A stretch of 64,000 bases of DNA from Amphiscolops sp. MND2022 (taxonomy: Eukaryota), in assembly GCA_964187785.1 (NCBI GenBank), contig OZ076412.1:37014001-37078000 (forward strand). Reading direction: 5' to 3'. Shown here in pieces: positions 22,128-35,506 of the stretch. The position numbers and the translations under genes were made by a program. How positions within the stretch are numbered: position 1 is the first letter of the stretch; every line of letters starts with the position of its first letter. Below the pieces are notes generated by a model. It saw nothing but the letters and a program-made list of their open reading frames with translations. It was not told the origin of the DNA and searched no databases.

Positions 22128-22900
22128 CAAAATAAAAGCATAAACTATGTTGCGTTAAAAGGAATTCCGAACACAGCATTGGATGATCCGCAGCATAGCA
22201 TACAGCCTAAAAATGCGGAGTATGCTGAAATTGAAAGAAAACAGCATGACGTAAGAAAACCTATAAGGAAGTGCACAAACAACAATGCGATACTAGCATG
22301 CTGTGTGAAACAGCGCGGTATGTGATTATGCATGTACCCGAGCTATAACGAAATCCGATTGCTGCTTTGGAAAAAAACAACATAGGTGGAAAATTTTAGG
22401 CTTTTTAGGAAGAAAAACAGCACAGTGGAATTATTTTATGATGTTTTGAAAGAAAAACAACGTGGTGGAATGATTTTATGCTGTTTTTAATGACAACAGC
22501 ATAGTGGAATGAATTTATGTTGTTTTGAAAAACCGCATAGCGAAAAATTTTGTGCTGTTTTGGAAAATAACAACATGACAGTATATTTGTATGCAATTTT
22601 CAACAGAAAACAGCTCAATGGATGAAGATGAACCCGTGGAGTTTCTAGAAGAAATCATCACTGAATGCGGTTGTGCGGATTCCAGAAGAAAACAGTATAC
22701 CGGATGGGCCTATGCGATTTCTAAAAGAAAACAGCATAGTGGAATGATTCTATAATACATATTTTAGCAGAAAACAGCATGACGAAGTTCAGAAAGCTTA
22801 GCAAAAAATTTATATTTTATGCAGATTTTCGTATGACGTGAGTATTAAAAAATATCACGAAGTCCTACAACAAATTATGCTGTACAATTAGGTTTTCCGA
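22128..22900 (+). repeat. AAAACAGCA-rich U3-like LTR remnant that hosts the young element (left part about 5280-5783)
   Basis: At least six dispersed ACAGCA motifs in the same orientation as those in the old LTRs at 1-640 and 27780-28120; continuous across the TSD. Confidence 0.55.
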
Positions 22901-22934
22901 ACTCAGCTTGAAAGCAAAAATGACACTATGACAC

Positions 22935-24860
22935 GTCCTACTACGACACCATCAATCCCCAGCAGAGAATCAATTGAGGTATCTTGTTAGGTACATTGAG
23001 GAAATAACTGATCTTTGAGGAAAGAATCTTCTTAGCTGTAAGCAGCGTGATGGGAAATTCCGCGAGACACAGGTACTTATGTACATTACCGGACCAAAAT
23101 GCAACGACGACACGTGAACCTTTGTCATAAGTACTGAGCTGCAATGAACACTAACCGGGCTGACCTTTAAGCCATCGATTCACGGAACATGTAGACGAAA
23201 ATACCATACAATTTATCACAGTTATGTAAAAAAGACAAAAAGATCAGTTCAAGGTCTTGAAAAAGAGCACTTACAAAAACAAGTTCTAGTTTCCAATCAT
23301 ACTGCGGCACCTTGGTTGCTCCTCGAGATTCTGGACGTAAATTTGTCCAAAGGTTGGTCAAGAGTTTCAAGTTTCCGTCATCGGTGCAGCTAACAAAACT
23401 CGTATTTGGGAACACACACAACAACTAAAGATGTAATACGTCAGTATCCACAGGAAGCTCTCTTTGCCCAGGTAACAAATAGCACTCACACAGAAAAAGA
23501 GCTGGAGGAAAATTCAATTCGGATCTTTTTTGCGCTTCGTCCAAGGCAAGACCAACAAGTTCATCCGCATCAAGTCCAAATGAAGGTAACTCCGGCGTTT
23601 CCAATCGGATTCGATGTTCTCGTTTCAGATGGGCATCAGTTGGGTAATGAAAACCAATCTCTAGAGAACCTTATCTCTTCATTCAATGTGACAAACCCTG
23701 CAACGTTACTCATGGGTATTCTGGTCAAAATCTACGGGAGCAGTTGGACAAAATTTGAACACAGGGCTTCCGGAACATTTGTTCGGACAATTGCAATCGT
23801 AGTCTGGGCCGTTTTTGTGCTGAGTTTTGTCTATCTGTCTTTTGTCTATTCACTCCTCCTTGGTCTACTATAAGATATTCTCAGTCGTCTCCTACATGGA
23901 GAAGGAAGAGACACTTCTCTTTGCGCACTCGTGAATGGAGTTAAGATTGGAGTCACTGAGCCTACTGGGCACAATTCCGTGGCAGTCGTAGGTCTAGTGA
24001 TGGTTATTGGTGTGGTAGAGAGCTGCTCCAACGTACTAGAACGTATAGTAGAAGTAGCTTCAGTCACGAGAACACTTTTAATTGCCGTTCTAACTCCGTA
24101 AGGTCTGAACTGGTAACATAATCAGGATTAGGAAGCATTTGCATCCGTGGAGGCGCAACAAAAGTGTGGAAATTTTCTGTATCTGGTTGGGAGGAACCAC
24201 GTTGCATTGTCTGAATAGTGAATCCAACAGAAGGAGTCTCATTAAGAATGTCAATGGAGTGGTCAAGGATGCTGGTAATTTCTGAAACCCCGTGAGCAAC
24301 GATGTTCTCCTTCTCCCCATTTTTGGCATTGAGCCCTAATGGTGCCCCATTGTTAGGTGCTTTAGAAGAAGCTGCAATACCGGTTGTTGAGTCCAGGAAA
24401 GTAGCAACTCCGATAGGAGATCAAACGATTTGATCGAGACTTCTACCCCTTCCAAATGAGTGTTTGTTTTCGTCTGTGTGTACGTGTGCATCAAGATCTT
24501 CACGAACAAATGAATCACGCTCGGGGTACAGTGAGGGCGAGAATTGTCGAAAGGTATAAGCAGTGTTAGTGCTCCAGAGGAATAAGAAACTTGCACCTGA
24601 GTCGAAATATGGAGATCAAGAGGAACTGAAACACGAAAGAAATCGAAAATATAGAAAACGGAAATCAGTTTGAAACGGAAGTTGTCTTAACAAAATTTTG
24701 TGAACCTGATCAATTAACACTCTGAATACTAGAGTACTCGCCAGAACCCATTCACAAATTGAAGCAGGGAATCCGAAATTGAATCTGTGATGAGCTACTG
24801 TGAAATGCAATTTTGTTTATCAATTGGAACATGAAATTCACAAAAACTTGTGAGAATTAA
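22935..24860 (-). pseudogene. Decayed antisense accessory ORF of an older Gypsy element (Ser/Thr-rich, Cys-rich and hydrophobic segments)
   Basis: Long nearly open minus-strand stretches (SPIGVATFLDSTTG...TELERQLKVFS; DYDCNCPNKCSGSPVFKFCP; IFLQLFFCVSAICYLG) and a polypyrimidine-CAG acceptor near 24625; position mirrors the antisense gene of the young element. Confidence 0.4.
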
Positions 24861-25383
24861 TACGAAATTAGATACCTAAACGTTTTCTAACAATATTGAA
24901 TGGATGGAAGCATAAAAACAAACCTTTTGTGGGAGGCTCAATCACCTCTTGTTGTCCAGACAACTTTCCCCCTCACAGTAGAAGAATAAAAATTGCGAGC
25001 AAGAAACAGCAAAGCAAAGTAAGGTCGCAATGACCAAGTCGCCAAAACGATTGGCATATTAAAGGAAGCTGTAAAAAACAAAAGAAAATGAATGTAGTGA
25101 ATTGAATAGATAATGCTTACTGTGAAGATTGATTAATGTATGATTGGATCGAAAGATCGACAAAAGAAGCGAAAAAAAAGACGATGATTACGTTGGAATT
25201 TTTAAAGATTTGATACAATGATTTTAATGTAAATAACGAAGCAATGATGAAGGCGTGGCGATTAACAGAAAGGCGATGAAGCATATAGCTGACGTCGGTT
25301 TGGAAGCGTTTGCAATCTATATCGATTCAGATTGCTTATATGGATGCTCAAAGTTTGGAATAATCTGCCAAAATTACTAAGCT

Positions 25384-25827
25384 GTATACGGCGGATTCCC
25401 AAAGCGTCGAATATTCAAAGCGTCGAAATTTTGCAAGCTATTCATCGCGTCGAAAAATAATTATTGAATGCTTCTGATTGTTTGAAAATTGAAATCGGAA
25501 AGAATTAATTTTGCTGATTTTGTGTGCTACACAGCGTCGAACTAATTACGATAACGTAGTCAGCTATGTTCACATACTCCTAGTGCCCTAAATGCAGGAG
25601 CGAAGCGAAGCGGAGCGACGTGCCATGTGGCCATGCCTCATTGTTGCTACTTGGCAAAGGGAGCGAAGCGACCGAGCCATACAACAAAAATGCAAACCTC
25701 TTAAAATAATAACCTGAAAATAATCGCTGATATGGAGTTTTTCGACGCAATGAATAGCTAACTTTAATTTCGACGCTCTGAATACTTTCGTTTAATTTCG
25801 ACTCAATGAATAGCCTCCGCTGTATAC
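25384..25827. mobile_element. MITE with subterminal repeats
   Basis: Inverted termini GTATACGGCGGA / TCCGCTGTATAC (11/12) with repeated GCGTCGAA motifs in opposite orientation at the two ends. Confidence 0.6.
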
Positions 25828-26679
25828 GCGCATTTCTCATATAAGCGAAACTTGTGATATTGAACAGAACGGCTCAACACAGTACAACCATCACAATATG
25901 CGGAATCACACAGAAAAAAGCATAATTGATGCTGCGGAAATTGATACAAAACTTCACAGCGGTCCCGCATTGTATGCGGAGAACTCCATAAAGCAGCAAC
26001 ATACTATTATGCAGAAATGAATGAAAAACAGCATAAAGTTTTATGTTGCTAATGAGTGAATTTATGATGCAATGTGATGTTTCAGTGAACAGCATATGAT
26101 AAGAATCACTACTAATACTGCTGTATTATCTAATATACATTGAAGAACATATGAATGAAAACTCACAACCTGGACGAGATGAGTAATACAATAAAGTGTA
26201 GAAAGCATTCACTTTAGAAATCTGAATGAATTCGTGAAGCATTTGATTTTGAGCAATTGAAATTAATCAGATGAAACACGAAAACATGGATATCGAACAA
26301 AAAAAAATTGAATAGAAAACTTCTGAAACCGATGATTGTTTATATGTAATTATTATTTTCAGCGGTGCTACCACCCTCAAATTGTTTGATGAATTACCTG
26401 AAAAATCAAGAAGCCAGGTGATTCAAGATATTTTTTGATGCAATTTGCAAGGAATCCCCATAAACCTATAAAAGTCAAGAGAACCTCGCCATTTAAGTCT
26501 AATCACTCTTGATTATTTACTTTTAATTCTCAATTGAGTTGTAAAACATTATCTTTAATCGTTTCAATTTTTTGGCCTTCTGAAGCTTGGCAAGCTGTAT
26601 ATCAATACAAAGTGAACACCACATTACGCAACCGAATTACCAATGTAAATGAGCCGATGACAACTTGCCCTACTCTAGA

Positions 26680-27629
26680 ATTACTCATTTTCTCTAGCAG
26701 TTCTGCAGAAGAGTTAACTTTGGAGCCTTCTCTCTTCCTGAACTAGATGGCAGATTCAGGGTGGCCTTAACTACTTTCCGTGATAAGCCCACAGCTTTCA
26801 TAGGGGCAGTGGAGACTTGATTGTTCCTGATCAATGATGCGACACAGGATAACTCCGGACAACACATAGAGACCAGGGGTTCAAACATCGAAACCGAATC
26901 AATGGATCTCCTAGATGGGGTGTCCGATGTGTCACCACTCACCTTCGTTGGGACATCCAATGATGAGGCAGATCCCTTGTACGGAGCAAGTTTCGCAAAC
27001 GTAGAAAGAAACTCCTATGGGCGCCCAAATTAAAGAGTTTCAGCGACCATAGGTGGGGAGACCCTCTGTGAATCCTGTTACAATACCGAGCGACACGAGT
27101 GCATTTACCACTGTCATGCCTACATTGCAGGAAGCCCCGGAAGCACTGAGACGTCAAATCCCACAAGCTAGTTGCCTCCCCATGCCAGTTCTTTTCTATC
27201 CAAAAAGTTGGAACAACATCAGGAATGGACAAGCAGAACAGAGCGCACCAATATCCATGATGCAACAAGAGCCGATCCACGGTGAGCCTGTCTTCCAGAT
27301 GAATCCTTCAGTGTGACGGAGATGGCAGGGTACTGATCAGGGTGTAATAAAAATTTTCAACCGATTTGCTGTGGAAACTCCAATCCCTTACGTCGCCTGG
27401 TTTGAGTCACCCGCAAGACACCATCAGGGATCGAAACGTTAGGTCGAAAGCGTTTGTGGACGACTTCGGAGCGTTGATCTGCTTCAAAATGATGCTCGAC
27501 TGTCGCCAGGCTCCCCTTGCGACATGTCCGGTGTGCAGCACAGATGATGAGATCAACCCTTTCAAGCCTGCTAAAACCACCCGAAAAGTTGTTAAACTGC
27601 CACCTTTGACAAAATTCCATAACAAATAA
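26680..27629 (+). pseudogene. Decayed ORF3-like frame of the older Gypsy element
   Basis: Consecutive broken ORFs 26821-27033, 27053-27316, 27366-27629; the last crosses GAC|TGTC (LTR start) and contains CPVCSTDDEINPF, like CEYCSRINPVF of the young ORF3. Confidence 0.5.
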
Positions 27630-29080
27630 ACTTCTCCTTAAACTTGAAACGTTTGGTTTAAAAATGTTGTTCAAAATGTTCTAATTCCTTTGTTTCTGTT
27701 TTGATAATGAATTTTGCTAATGTTGTTGACTTGAAAAGACGAAAAGCGCGGTGATCGAATCAATTAGTTCTAGGAGAGATTTTGTGTTGCATATTAAAAT
27801 TTCTGTGGAGTTGCAGGTCGTTTGTAGCGAAATTTCGCAGAAACCACTTGAAAACAACATGATGATCCATTCAGAAAGAATCAATATGAGTTAATGAGTA
27901 CTTGTGTTTGTGATTCAATGTATTATGCGGTTTGTACAATACAGCAAATGCAGTAGTAACATATGCCGTTTTGTTGATAAAAGTCTATATGCAGTAGTAT
28001 GATTAAAACCACATATGCAGAACCTTCACTGAAACAGCATGTTGTTTTGATTAGAAAACAGCAAAATGAAGATCTGCGTGACAGTGCTAGTGCATTTTAC
28101 TGAATTATGCGGTTTTCATGAAAGAGTATCGGCAGATTTGTGATAGCAGGCGGAATAACTTGCATAATGTTCTACATTGTTCAGCCGCTACCAAATGTTT
28201 CGGCGCTACCAATTTTTTGGCGCTATAGTTAGACCTTCTAGGGAGGTGATGAAAGGTGTATTTTTGACTTCTGACCCTTAATACAGGACGTGATGATGAT
28301 TTGAGTAAAAATGTCGTGCTACCAAAAATAGCGTCCAATAAAACCAGTTGGGAAGAAACCTTTGAAATCAGTGTCCCGCACATTCCTTCAAAAAAACACT
28401 CACATAGTACAGTCACCCTGGTTCGTCAAACAAGTTTGCAGCATCTAAAACTAACAGTTCCTCTTTGCGTGAAACAACAACTTTTTTTGTGAATTTTCAT
28501 ATTACTCTGTTTCTTTGAGTTTCAACGATTTTCGCGCCCAACACTATATTCATCTCGGGAAACAAAATAAATAGGCGTTCAAGGAGAGTAGAATCTCAGT
28601 CTTCATACAGAGGAGAAAAGACCTCAGAAAAAAGCTTCACACGAGGTAACGCGACTTTAGTTTCAATTTCTCAGGAACTTAGGCAGCGAAATAACAGATT
28701 TTTTACAAATCAGTAACGAAATAGAAGTAGTTTTTCAGAGATCTACAGTGCAAAGCAACACTAAAACGTCACAGATTGAAGACCAATTGAACAGTAAACT
28801 TGAAGAAAAATTTATGGAAGTCACAGCATATAGAAATAACAACTCAACAGGTGAAGAGGGGATGCTGAGAACAACAGGCCTGGTACTTCTAACTCAGAAA
28901 ACAAGTTTTTCAGGATAAAACATCGAATTCTGAAATCGATGACGAAAAAACTCAGGACAATCACTTCTCGTCTTCAGATATGAACGGACTAAGACATCCA
29001 TCAACTTTGGGAGTTGTATATGAGACTTTACACGAAACTATCGTAATTAAATAGGATAGACCAGAAGCCGAATATCTTAA
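27501..29080 (+). repeat. Old Gypsy 3' LTR remnant
   Basis: Starts TGTCGCC after GAC (same junction as the young 3' LTR); colinear with 1-1467; not followed by a PBS. Confidence 0.65.
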
Positions 29081-29084
29081 TATA

Positions 29085-30320
29085 TGATTGAGGGTATGGT
29101 CAGCCTCTGACTTTAAACGGTCCGTTCTGGAATCATAAATGGCCCAGACTATGACCAAACTGAAACAATGTTTTTTTGCCGTGAGGTGCATCAAAATGCG
29201 GTTGTCCAGTTGGTGAAAAATTTTAAGATGTTGAGAACTTTTCTAAGCTGAATGGAACGCTGCAAGAGAGTCATGTTTGACTTTCTGGAGATCCGAAAAT
29301 TGCCTTACAGGTCTCAACCCCCCCGTAAAACTTTTACGGGAGTTAACAACAAATCCGCCATTCCTTAGTTAGCTTAGTTGAAACTGCGTGAACTTTTTAC
29401 ATGCTGCAGGCCTGAATGCAGGGGAAAACTTTTTATGAAACCCAGGAACGTCAGTGAAGTTCGGATGGTAAATCAGGTAGAATTACACTGAAATTTTCAC
29501 TAATGCAATTAAATTTGAAAATCAATTCCACTTCACTACCGTCACAATAACTTTGTATTACCACTTTGTTTTCTCAATTTCTCATCTGATGTGATTGCCG
29601 CTTCTCAAATTTTACACTGACATGACGCTAATAGGCATTTCATTACACGACTGAAGTTATTTGCATTAAATTAGCGGTGAAACTGATCTTAACTTATTTG
29701 CTTTTGAAAGTATAACTGCTGCCTGATGAAACCTGCAAAACTTCAATGCTTACAATTTCCGCCGAAACTTTGGTGAATCTTTCAAGCAGCTTGATAAAAG
29801 CTAGAAACAACAGGGAAATAATTCCGCATGGACGTTTTCGTAAGAGTTTCAGAAATTCATATTAAAAATCGCTAGCAACATAAAAGCACGAGAAAAATTT
29901 CAAGCAGTTTCAACAAATATAATCACTAACTCTTTTGGTACAGCAGAACCGACTTTTCAGTGTGACTTCTGATCCTCTCGAGTACAACTACCGATATTTC
30001 AGCAAAAATTCCAAAAACTGATGTTTTCAGTTTTGTGACTGTATTAGCACTTTGGTTGAGGAATATCTAGTAATTTCTACAGTGTATGCGTTAATTGATT
30101 ACGCAATATTATTTTTCTATTATGGCTTCAGACTGACCATACTCTGAACCAAATATGGTACCGTCTATGGTGAGCCTGTAATAATTAGTGAAAATCGTGT
30201 TGATCAAAATATGGGCCATTTATGGAAACATGTTAATCATTGACTGAACCATATATGGCCCAAAGTATGGCCAGCCTGGAACCAGCATTTCGTTAATATG
30301 GCGGAGTATGATCAACCTGT
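29085..30320. mobile_element. MITE/foldback family fragment (related copy at about 38900-39420), interrupted by another repeat
   Basis: Terminal GAGTATGATCAACCTG (about 30305) is the reverse complement of CAGGTTGATCATACTC (about 38912); both copies share ATCATAAATGGCCCAGA and GACTGACCATACTC blocks. Confidence 0.5.
29390..29930. repeat. Dispersed non-coding repeat family (other copies at about 47390-47935 and 50900-51440)
   Basis: Shared TGCAGGCCTG..TGCAG, CTCATCTGAT, TTCTCAAATT and CAGCTTGATAAAAG blocks in the same order. Confidence 0.6.
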
Positions 30321-32173
30321 TTTTGTATGTATTACGATACAAATGTCGCAACGAACTAGCAAGATCTTGCTAGTTCGAATAACAGCCAATAAAAGCGAGT
30401 TCGTATTTCAGACACGCGTTACGTAATTTGCTCGTTACACTGTGTGATTTGGCGTTACGCCTACTGATCAAAACACAGTAAATGACTACTTTACACTCTC
30501 TACAATTACGTACTTTGACTAGTTTCCACTTCACACACGAATGGAAGCATCGTTTGGAGTTATTTTTACTCATGGTGTGTACCAACTTTTTGATTGGTTC
30601 CCACTTGTCTCTATTACGCTCAATGATCACAATCCGCAATTCCTGATTACACTGCGCATCACAATTGGCAATGAACACGATGCACTGTTTGACTAGAATA
30701 CGATTCGCTCTCGTTTGAACGCACTAGAAGTGAAAGACTTTTAAGGGAGATTTTGTTGACGAAGCTTTGAAAGAACTGGAAGCAACACTTCTTGCCAACA
30801 AATTTGACTATGAATATCGAGAGTGTAGTCGTTATACAAATAAACAACATTGGGATGTTTGCCCTGTAAATGAATGTTTCTCTGCCCAATAAAATATTTC
30901 ACAATCTGTTGTTTTTCTAAAATATTGCAGTACAATAAATACAATATATTTATTGCTGAAATTGAATCAAACAATATATTTTCCTAAAAAAATATATGTT
31001 TAAATACAATATTTCACACCCCTGGACATAGTGAAAGAGATCCAGTTTTTCATTATCCGCTTTTATTCTTCGGTACTTTTTGAAATTTTGCAATAATTGT
31101 GTTATATTTTTGAAACGTGCAATAATGAGTATTTATTTCATGTTGCATGTCATTCTCATCTATTTATTTTTTGTTCAAATACTATTGCAATATACATTTG
31201 GCATCCCTCCTTTTGACGTCATTGATTAGAAGTAGAAACCTTTCGACCTTGAAATTCAAATGATTGTCTGCTGCAGCATTTTTGCAACAGGAAACATTTT
31301 CGTCATGAGTCCAATGCAATATAATTTAAAACTGTCACTGTCATATAAATACATACAGTAGCGTTCTAGAATATCGCCACCTCATTGCTTAAAATGACAT
31401 AGTTCAAAACCAAATATCTCGTAAGCTGTCACGAATACAAAAATTTGCCAACTAGAAAATTTTCGTAGAATTTTATCTAGTTTACAAAAATGTTCGTTTG
31501 AAATTTGTCACAAAAATTACAAAAGTTAGAAAATGCAAATTTTAGAAAATTTCAATTGAAGTTTTAGTTTTTTCGAATGTACATGTACTCTTTTAATATC
31601 TTTTAACGTCAATAATGAAACAATGACGTCATACGGTAGCTACCAGATTGCTTCATTGTTGCTGGTGCGACACATGCAAGTTGCTTTAGCTCTGTTCTTT
31701 TCTGATTGCGTAATTGATTAAAACCTTTAAGTCATAAAAAAGCAATTAAGCCCACGTTAGCCAAAACCTTTTTAGGCTTCAAAAGAGGATCTTTCTTTTC
31801 TGTTCACTTTCTTTGCTGACATTTTTAATCCTGTACACGAGAGTATCTTAAATCTTTTTCAATCAAAACGGTGCTTCTTCTGATTTGAAACCACGTGCAA
31901 TATGAAATCATAGAAATGTTCTTCCGTCAACATGTTCAACACAGTGTGAACTGTAAGCCAATGCAATGCTGAAAATGATGGGAAAAAAGGAAAATAGTCT
32001 GATGGAAGAGAGAAAGCATCTGCTCCAAGAATGAACAAGAATGAAAAATTATAATATATCGCCGTCATTAGGAAGGGGGAGTATGTAACTCGGCTGACAT
32101 TTCATTCAAAACTAAAAACAAGATTGGACAAGAATGTAGTTTCAAATTTTCAGATGTTTTTTCGTGCGGTGCT

Positions 32174-34140
32174 CAAAGGTTATCAAAAATTAATTTCGCA
32201 ACCGAAAATCAAATATTCGGCGAAAAATTCATTGCATTTATATATAACGACAAATCAATTAATTGGGCCAAAATGAATTGGAATTAATTGCACGACAAAC
32301 TAGTCTTTTGTCCCAGTATTTTTTGTTCAACCTAAAGAAGAACTGCATTTTCAGATTTGAAGGATACAGCCTGTTTGAAATAGTTTAAGGAATATCCAGA
32401 AAAGCTAAAAAAATCTTTCGACTAGATTAGAGGTTGGCAAGGGGAATTTGGTATACGTATATTGCGACTCATTCTTTGACGTTTCAAGTTTCCGACGTTT
32501 TAAAATGGTAAAAGCAAAAGTTTCCTCCGAACAGGGACTTGATTGAGTTTGATTCATCATTGGTAGTTTCAGTGACTCAGTTTCGAATACTTCGATCTCA
32601 TTCATTTTTTCTTCTTGACCATTCTCAATTTTTTTTACAAAAGCAGACTCTAAAGTTGGCGAGTGAATTATTTTTGACAAATACTAATCCATAATGGGGT
32701 AATTCTTGCAACATTCTTCAAAAGGAGTTTTCACATCCGAAAGATACTATTTCCAATCCTTCAGAGATACTGTTATCGAGTTAAGAACCTTCATATCCTC
32801 CAAAAAAGAGGCTCGGTGATAACAATTGTTCAGTGCATTTAATATCCCCAAACCCATCTTCATACACAAAACTTTTCAACTCCATAAACCGATCAATTCT
32901 CCCCACTCTGGTTACCAACAATAAGATCGTTTCCATGCTGGGAATTGGTGTGATTTAATAAAATTTGTTCACCCATGATTTTGTTTCTGGGAAAGTTTTC
33001 TTTTCCGCAGTGGCAAATCCATTTGTGATCTTCTTCGTTTCCTATTTTGAAAAACTCTATGCAAATACCTTTAGCCGAAGACACGGAATCTATAACAAGT
33101 CAGCAGAGAAGATGTAGTGGTATACACCGCAGCCAGAGTTGGAATTAATTCACGCTGTTAAATTCCCGCTAATGCACTTATGAAAATCACAACGTTATTT
33201 TCATAAAATGTTCCAATCGAAAACAGTGGCAATGAATGTGAATTATCTCCATCCCTGGCCGCAGCGTGTGGAAAGGCGTATACAGTAGTGATTTTTCTAA
33301 AAGCAACAAAAGGCAAACCTCAAAATCGAATATCTCTAAAACAACAGCGATTTTTGAGAAACAATAAATGTGAAAGTTTCTTAGATTTTTATCTAGTTTA
33401 CAAATATGTTTATTTGAAGATTATGCGATGAAAATTGTAGAAATTACGATAGGCCGTTTTTAGCCAAATTTAGGTCAAAATTGTGGTTTTTCTCAACTTT
33501 TGCTCAAAGTGTTTGAAATATTTTTTGTTCAATTGACCCCCTGATTTAACTGAAGCCCCTGATATGTTTTGATTTAGAAATCATCTTGAAATCGTAGAAA
33601 AAATTCGCTGTAAAATTAGACTTTTACGAAAATACATGTATTAGGATATGATTTTGAAGTTTAACAACTTAAAACAAGCCCATACTAATGCAATTTAGAA
33701 TATTTTAGAGAAAAAATTATATTGTCAGATTCGAAATGTTCGGGAGAATTTTTCATCTAAATTATTTTAGAATCAAAAAATTGTAAGTGGGTTAAAAACT
33801 CAAAAAACTAAAAAAAATGATGTTTTGGAAATCGCTCTCGACCAATGAAATGAGCGCGTGAGACCTTGATAGGCCAATGAGATTTGTTTATTTGCTTCTA
33901 TAATCACTTTTGTACACACAGGTTTATTTGTTCACGCGTTAATGCCTCTCATTTAAACAAGCAATATCGCCTGGACGGCCAGAAGTTATAGCCTATAACT
34001 TTGATACAATTACATTGCAATCAATTGGCTAACGTTCAATCAATTAATTGTAATTGTAAAAAGCCAAAAATCAATAACCAAATAATTGATAGCATTTAAT
34101 TGGAAATGTAATTCGTCCAATTAATTTTTGATAACCCTTG
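32174..34140 (-). mobile_element. hAT DNA transposon, non-autonomous deletion derivative
   Basis: 22-bp TIRs CAAAGGTTATCAAAAATTAATT / AATTAATTTTTGATAACCCTTG (21/22); 8-bp TSD GCGGTGCT / GCGGTGTT; relic BED finger (WICHCGK...LNHTNSQH) and hAT C-terminal PLPTSNLVERFF on the minus strand. Confidence 0.85.
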
Positions 34141-34336
34141 GCGGTGTTGGGCCTTCTGGTCAAGGTATTCTGAGAAACTTTTAGGATTTTCGATTCTACG
34201 ATCTTTAACAGTAGAAACCCCCGTGTAACCTTTAATCATTTTTTTCTAAATTTTAGAGAATAATGATATTGTTTTAAGACGTGCATGAAATTATTTTTCA
34301 AATTCGTCCATTAAAGTTGATGAGTTTTGTTTCCAG

Positions 34337-34572
34337 GTGCTAACGGGGATTACGATGATACTCATAGTGTTGTCAATCATTGGGTTTTGCTTGGAGACTC
34401 ATCCTTTGCGATACTGGTCGTTTGATTTTACATTAGAAAAGCTATTCAATTCTGCCGCCACTTCACAAATTTCCCAAAACGATCAAACCTCACAGTTTCC
34501 TTCACAAGCGACGTTTCGAGCAGAAAACAAAACTTCTGCCGGCGATGTGACCGAATCTTTGTTTGATACAGG
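34337..34572 (+). CDS. KCNC: Kv3/Shaw potassium channel exon: S1 and S1-S2 linker (donor position uncertain)
   Basis: TTCCAG acceptor, then VLTGITMILIVLSIIGFCLETHP (S1 with the conserved FCLETHP); phase-2 GT at 34573 (alternative phase-2 GT near 34407). Confidence 0.8.
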
Positions 34573-35489
34573 GTTGGGAATCTCGGGAAGTTTTACTCTA
34601 GTTGAAAAAAAAACGTCCCAAAACAAATAATTTACTATTTCATTTGAAATTATCCCAAAAAGTCCATTTCAGAAGTTGTTGGGCACAGAACTTGGGGTTC
34701 AGAATTAAAATGGCCAGAGAAATAGCCTTATGTGAATTCACATCAAAAATCGTTCTTATACCTATCTATACCAGAAGAAATGATATTTAGCGGGAAGTGT
34801 TCATTGATCATAAAACGTTCGCTTTTGCTGCAAACAGATCTCGTGCTCAAGTCCATATTCAGTCCCTTTATCTCGCGAAAAATGCGAAAAAGAGCACCGT
34901 CTGACAATCGAGATGTTTCAAATGTTTTCAAACAAGAACTGTTTTGTCTTGTTAGTAAACCAACTAATGGAATGGATTACTAACTGGACAACTAAGTGGA
35001 TGGATGTAGAATAACTGGATGTAGAATAGATGACGATGCTGGGTCACCAAAAACTAACTGGATGTAGAATAGATCACGAACTTTCAGTGAAGTATCTTTC
35101 TTTGACGATATTAGCTGTCGCTTGACCTTACTGATGGGAATTCCGAAAAAAATATCACGATACTACAGCACTGCTTATACTATTCCATCATGTGAGAAAA
35201 GGAATTATCCTAGAAAGGAACTTGCACTAGCAGCGCAGTGGCACCGCGTGTTATTATTCGAGATTGTAAGATGCGTGTAAGACTATGAACAGGAAAGAAT
35301 AGCTTCTCGTCCTCAACTCCAGTATATACTGGTATATAATATTAGATATTCGGCTGTATTTGTTGCCGTTGGCTAACGTTCAAAACTCTGGGCTATTTAT
35401 TCCGTGAAAACTTTCAGAGAATTTTGCCATGAAGTTCTAGAATTACATAAAAAGTGTTGGCAACTGAGAAAGTCAAGGTCCCAACTCTG
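34569..35489. mobile_element. Possible hAT-type MITE occupying almost the whole Kv3 intron
   Basis: CAGGGTTGGGA / TCCCAACTCTG inverted ends (10/11); no clean TSD. Confidence 0.4.
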
Positions 35490-35506
35490 TTTTTTTAATA
35501 ACTAAG

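Noticed and set aside
21768-22325. 185-aa ORF as an independent gene
   Set aside because: It is the LTR-encoded Gag leader of the 3' LTR running by chance into flanking DNA.
22128-22900. AAAACAGCA repeats as a CRISPR-like or coding repeat array
   Set aside because: Irregular spacing, short degenerate motif, eukaryotic context and no cas genes; it matches the U3 of the old LTR family.
30370-30974. Minus-strand ORFs as a host gene or the missing Kv3 T1 exons
   Set aside because: Wrong strand for Kv3, no T1 motifs, frames broken; probably an unidentified transposase relic.
34981-35070. Three ACTGGATGTAGAATA-like short direct repeats
   Set aside because: Small local slippage repeat within an intronic insert, with no further structure.
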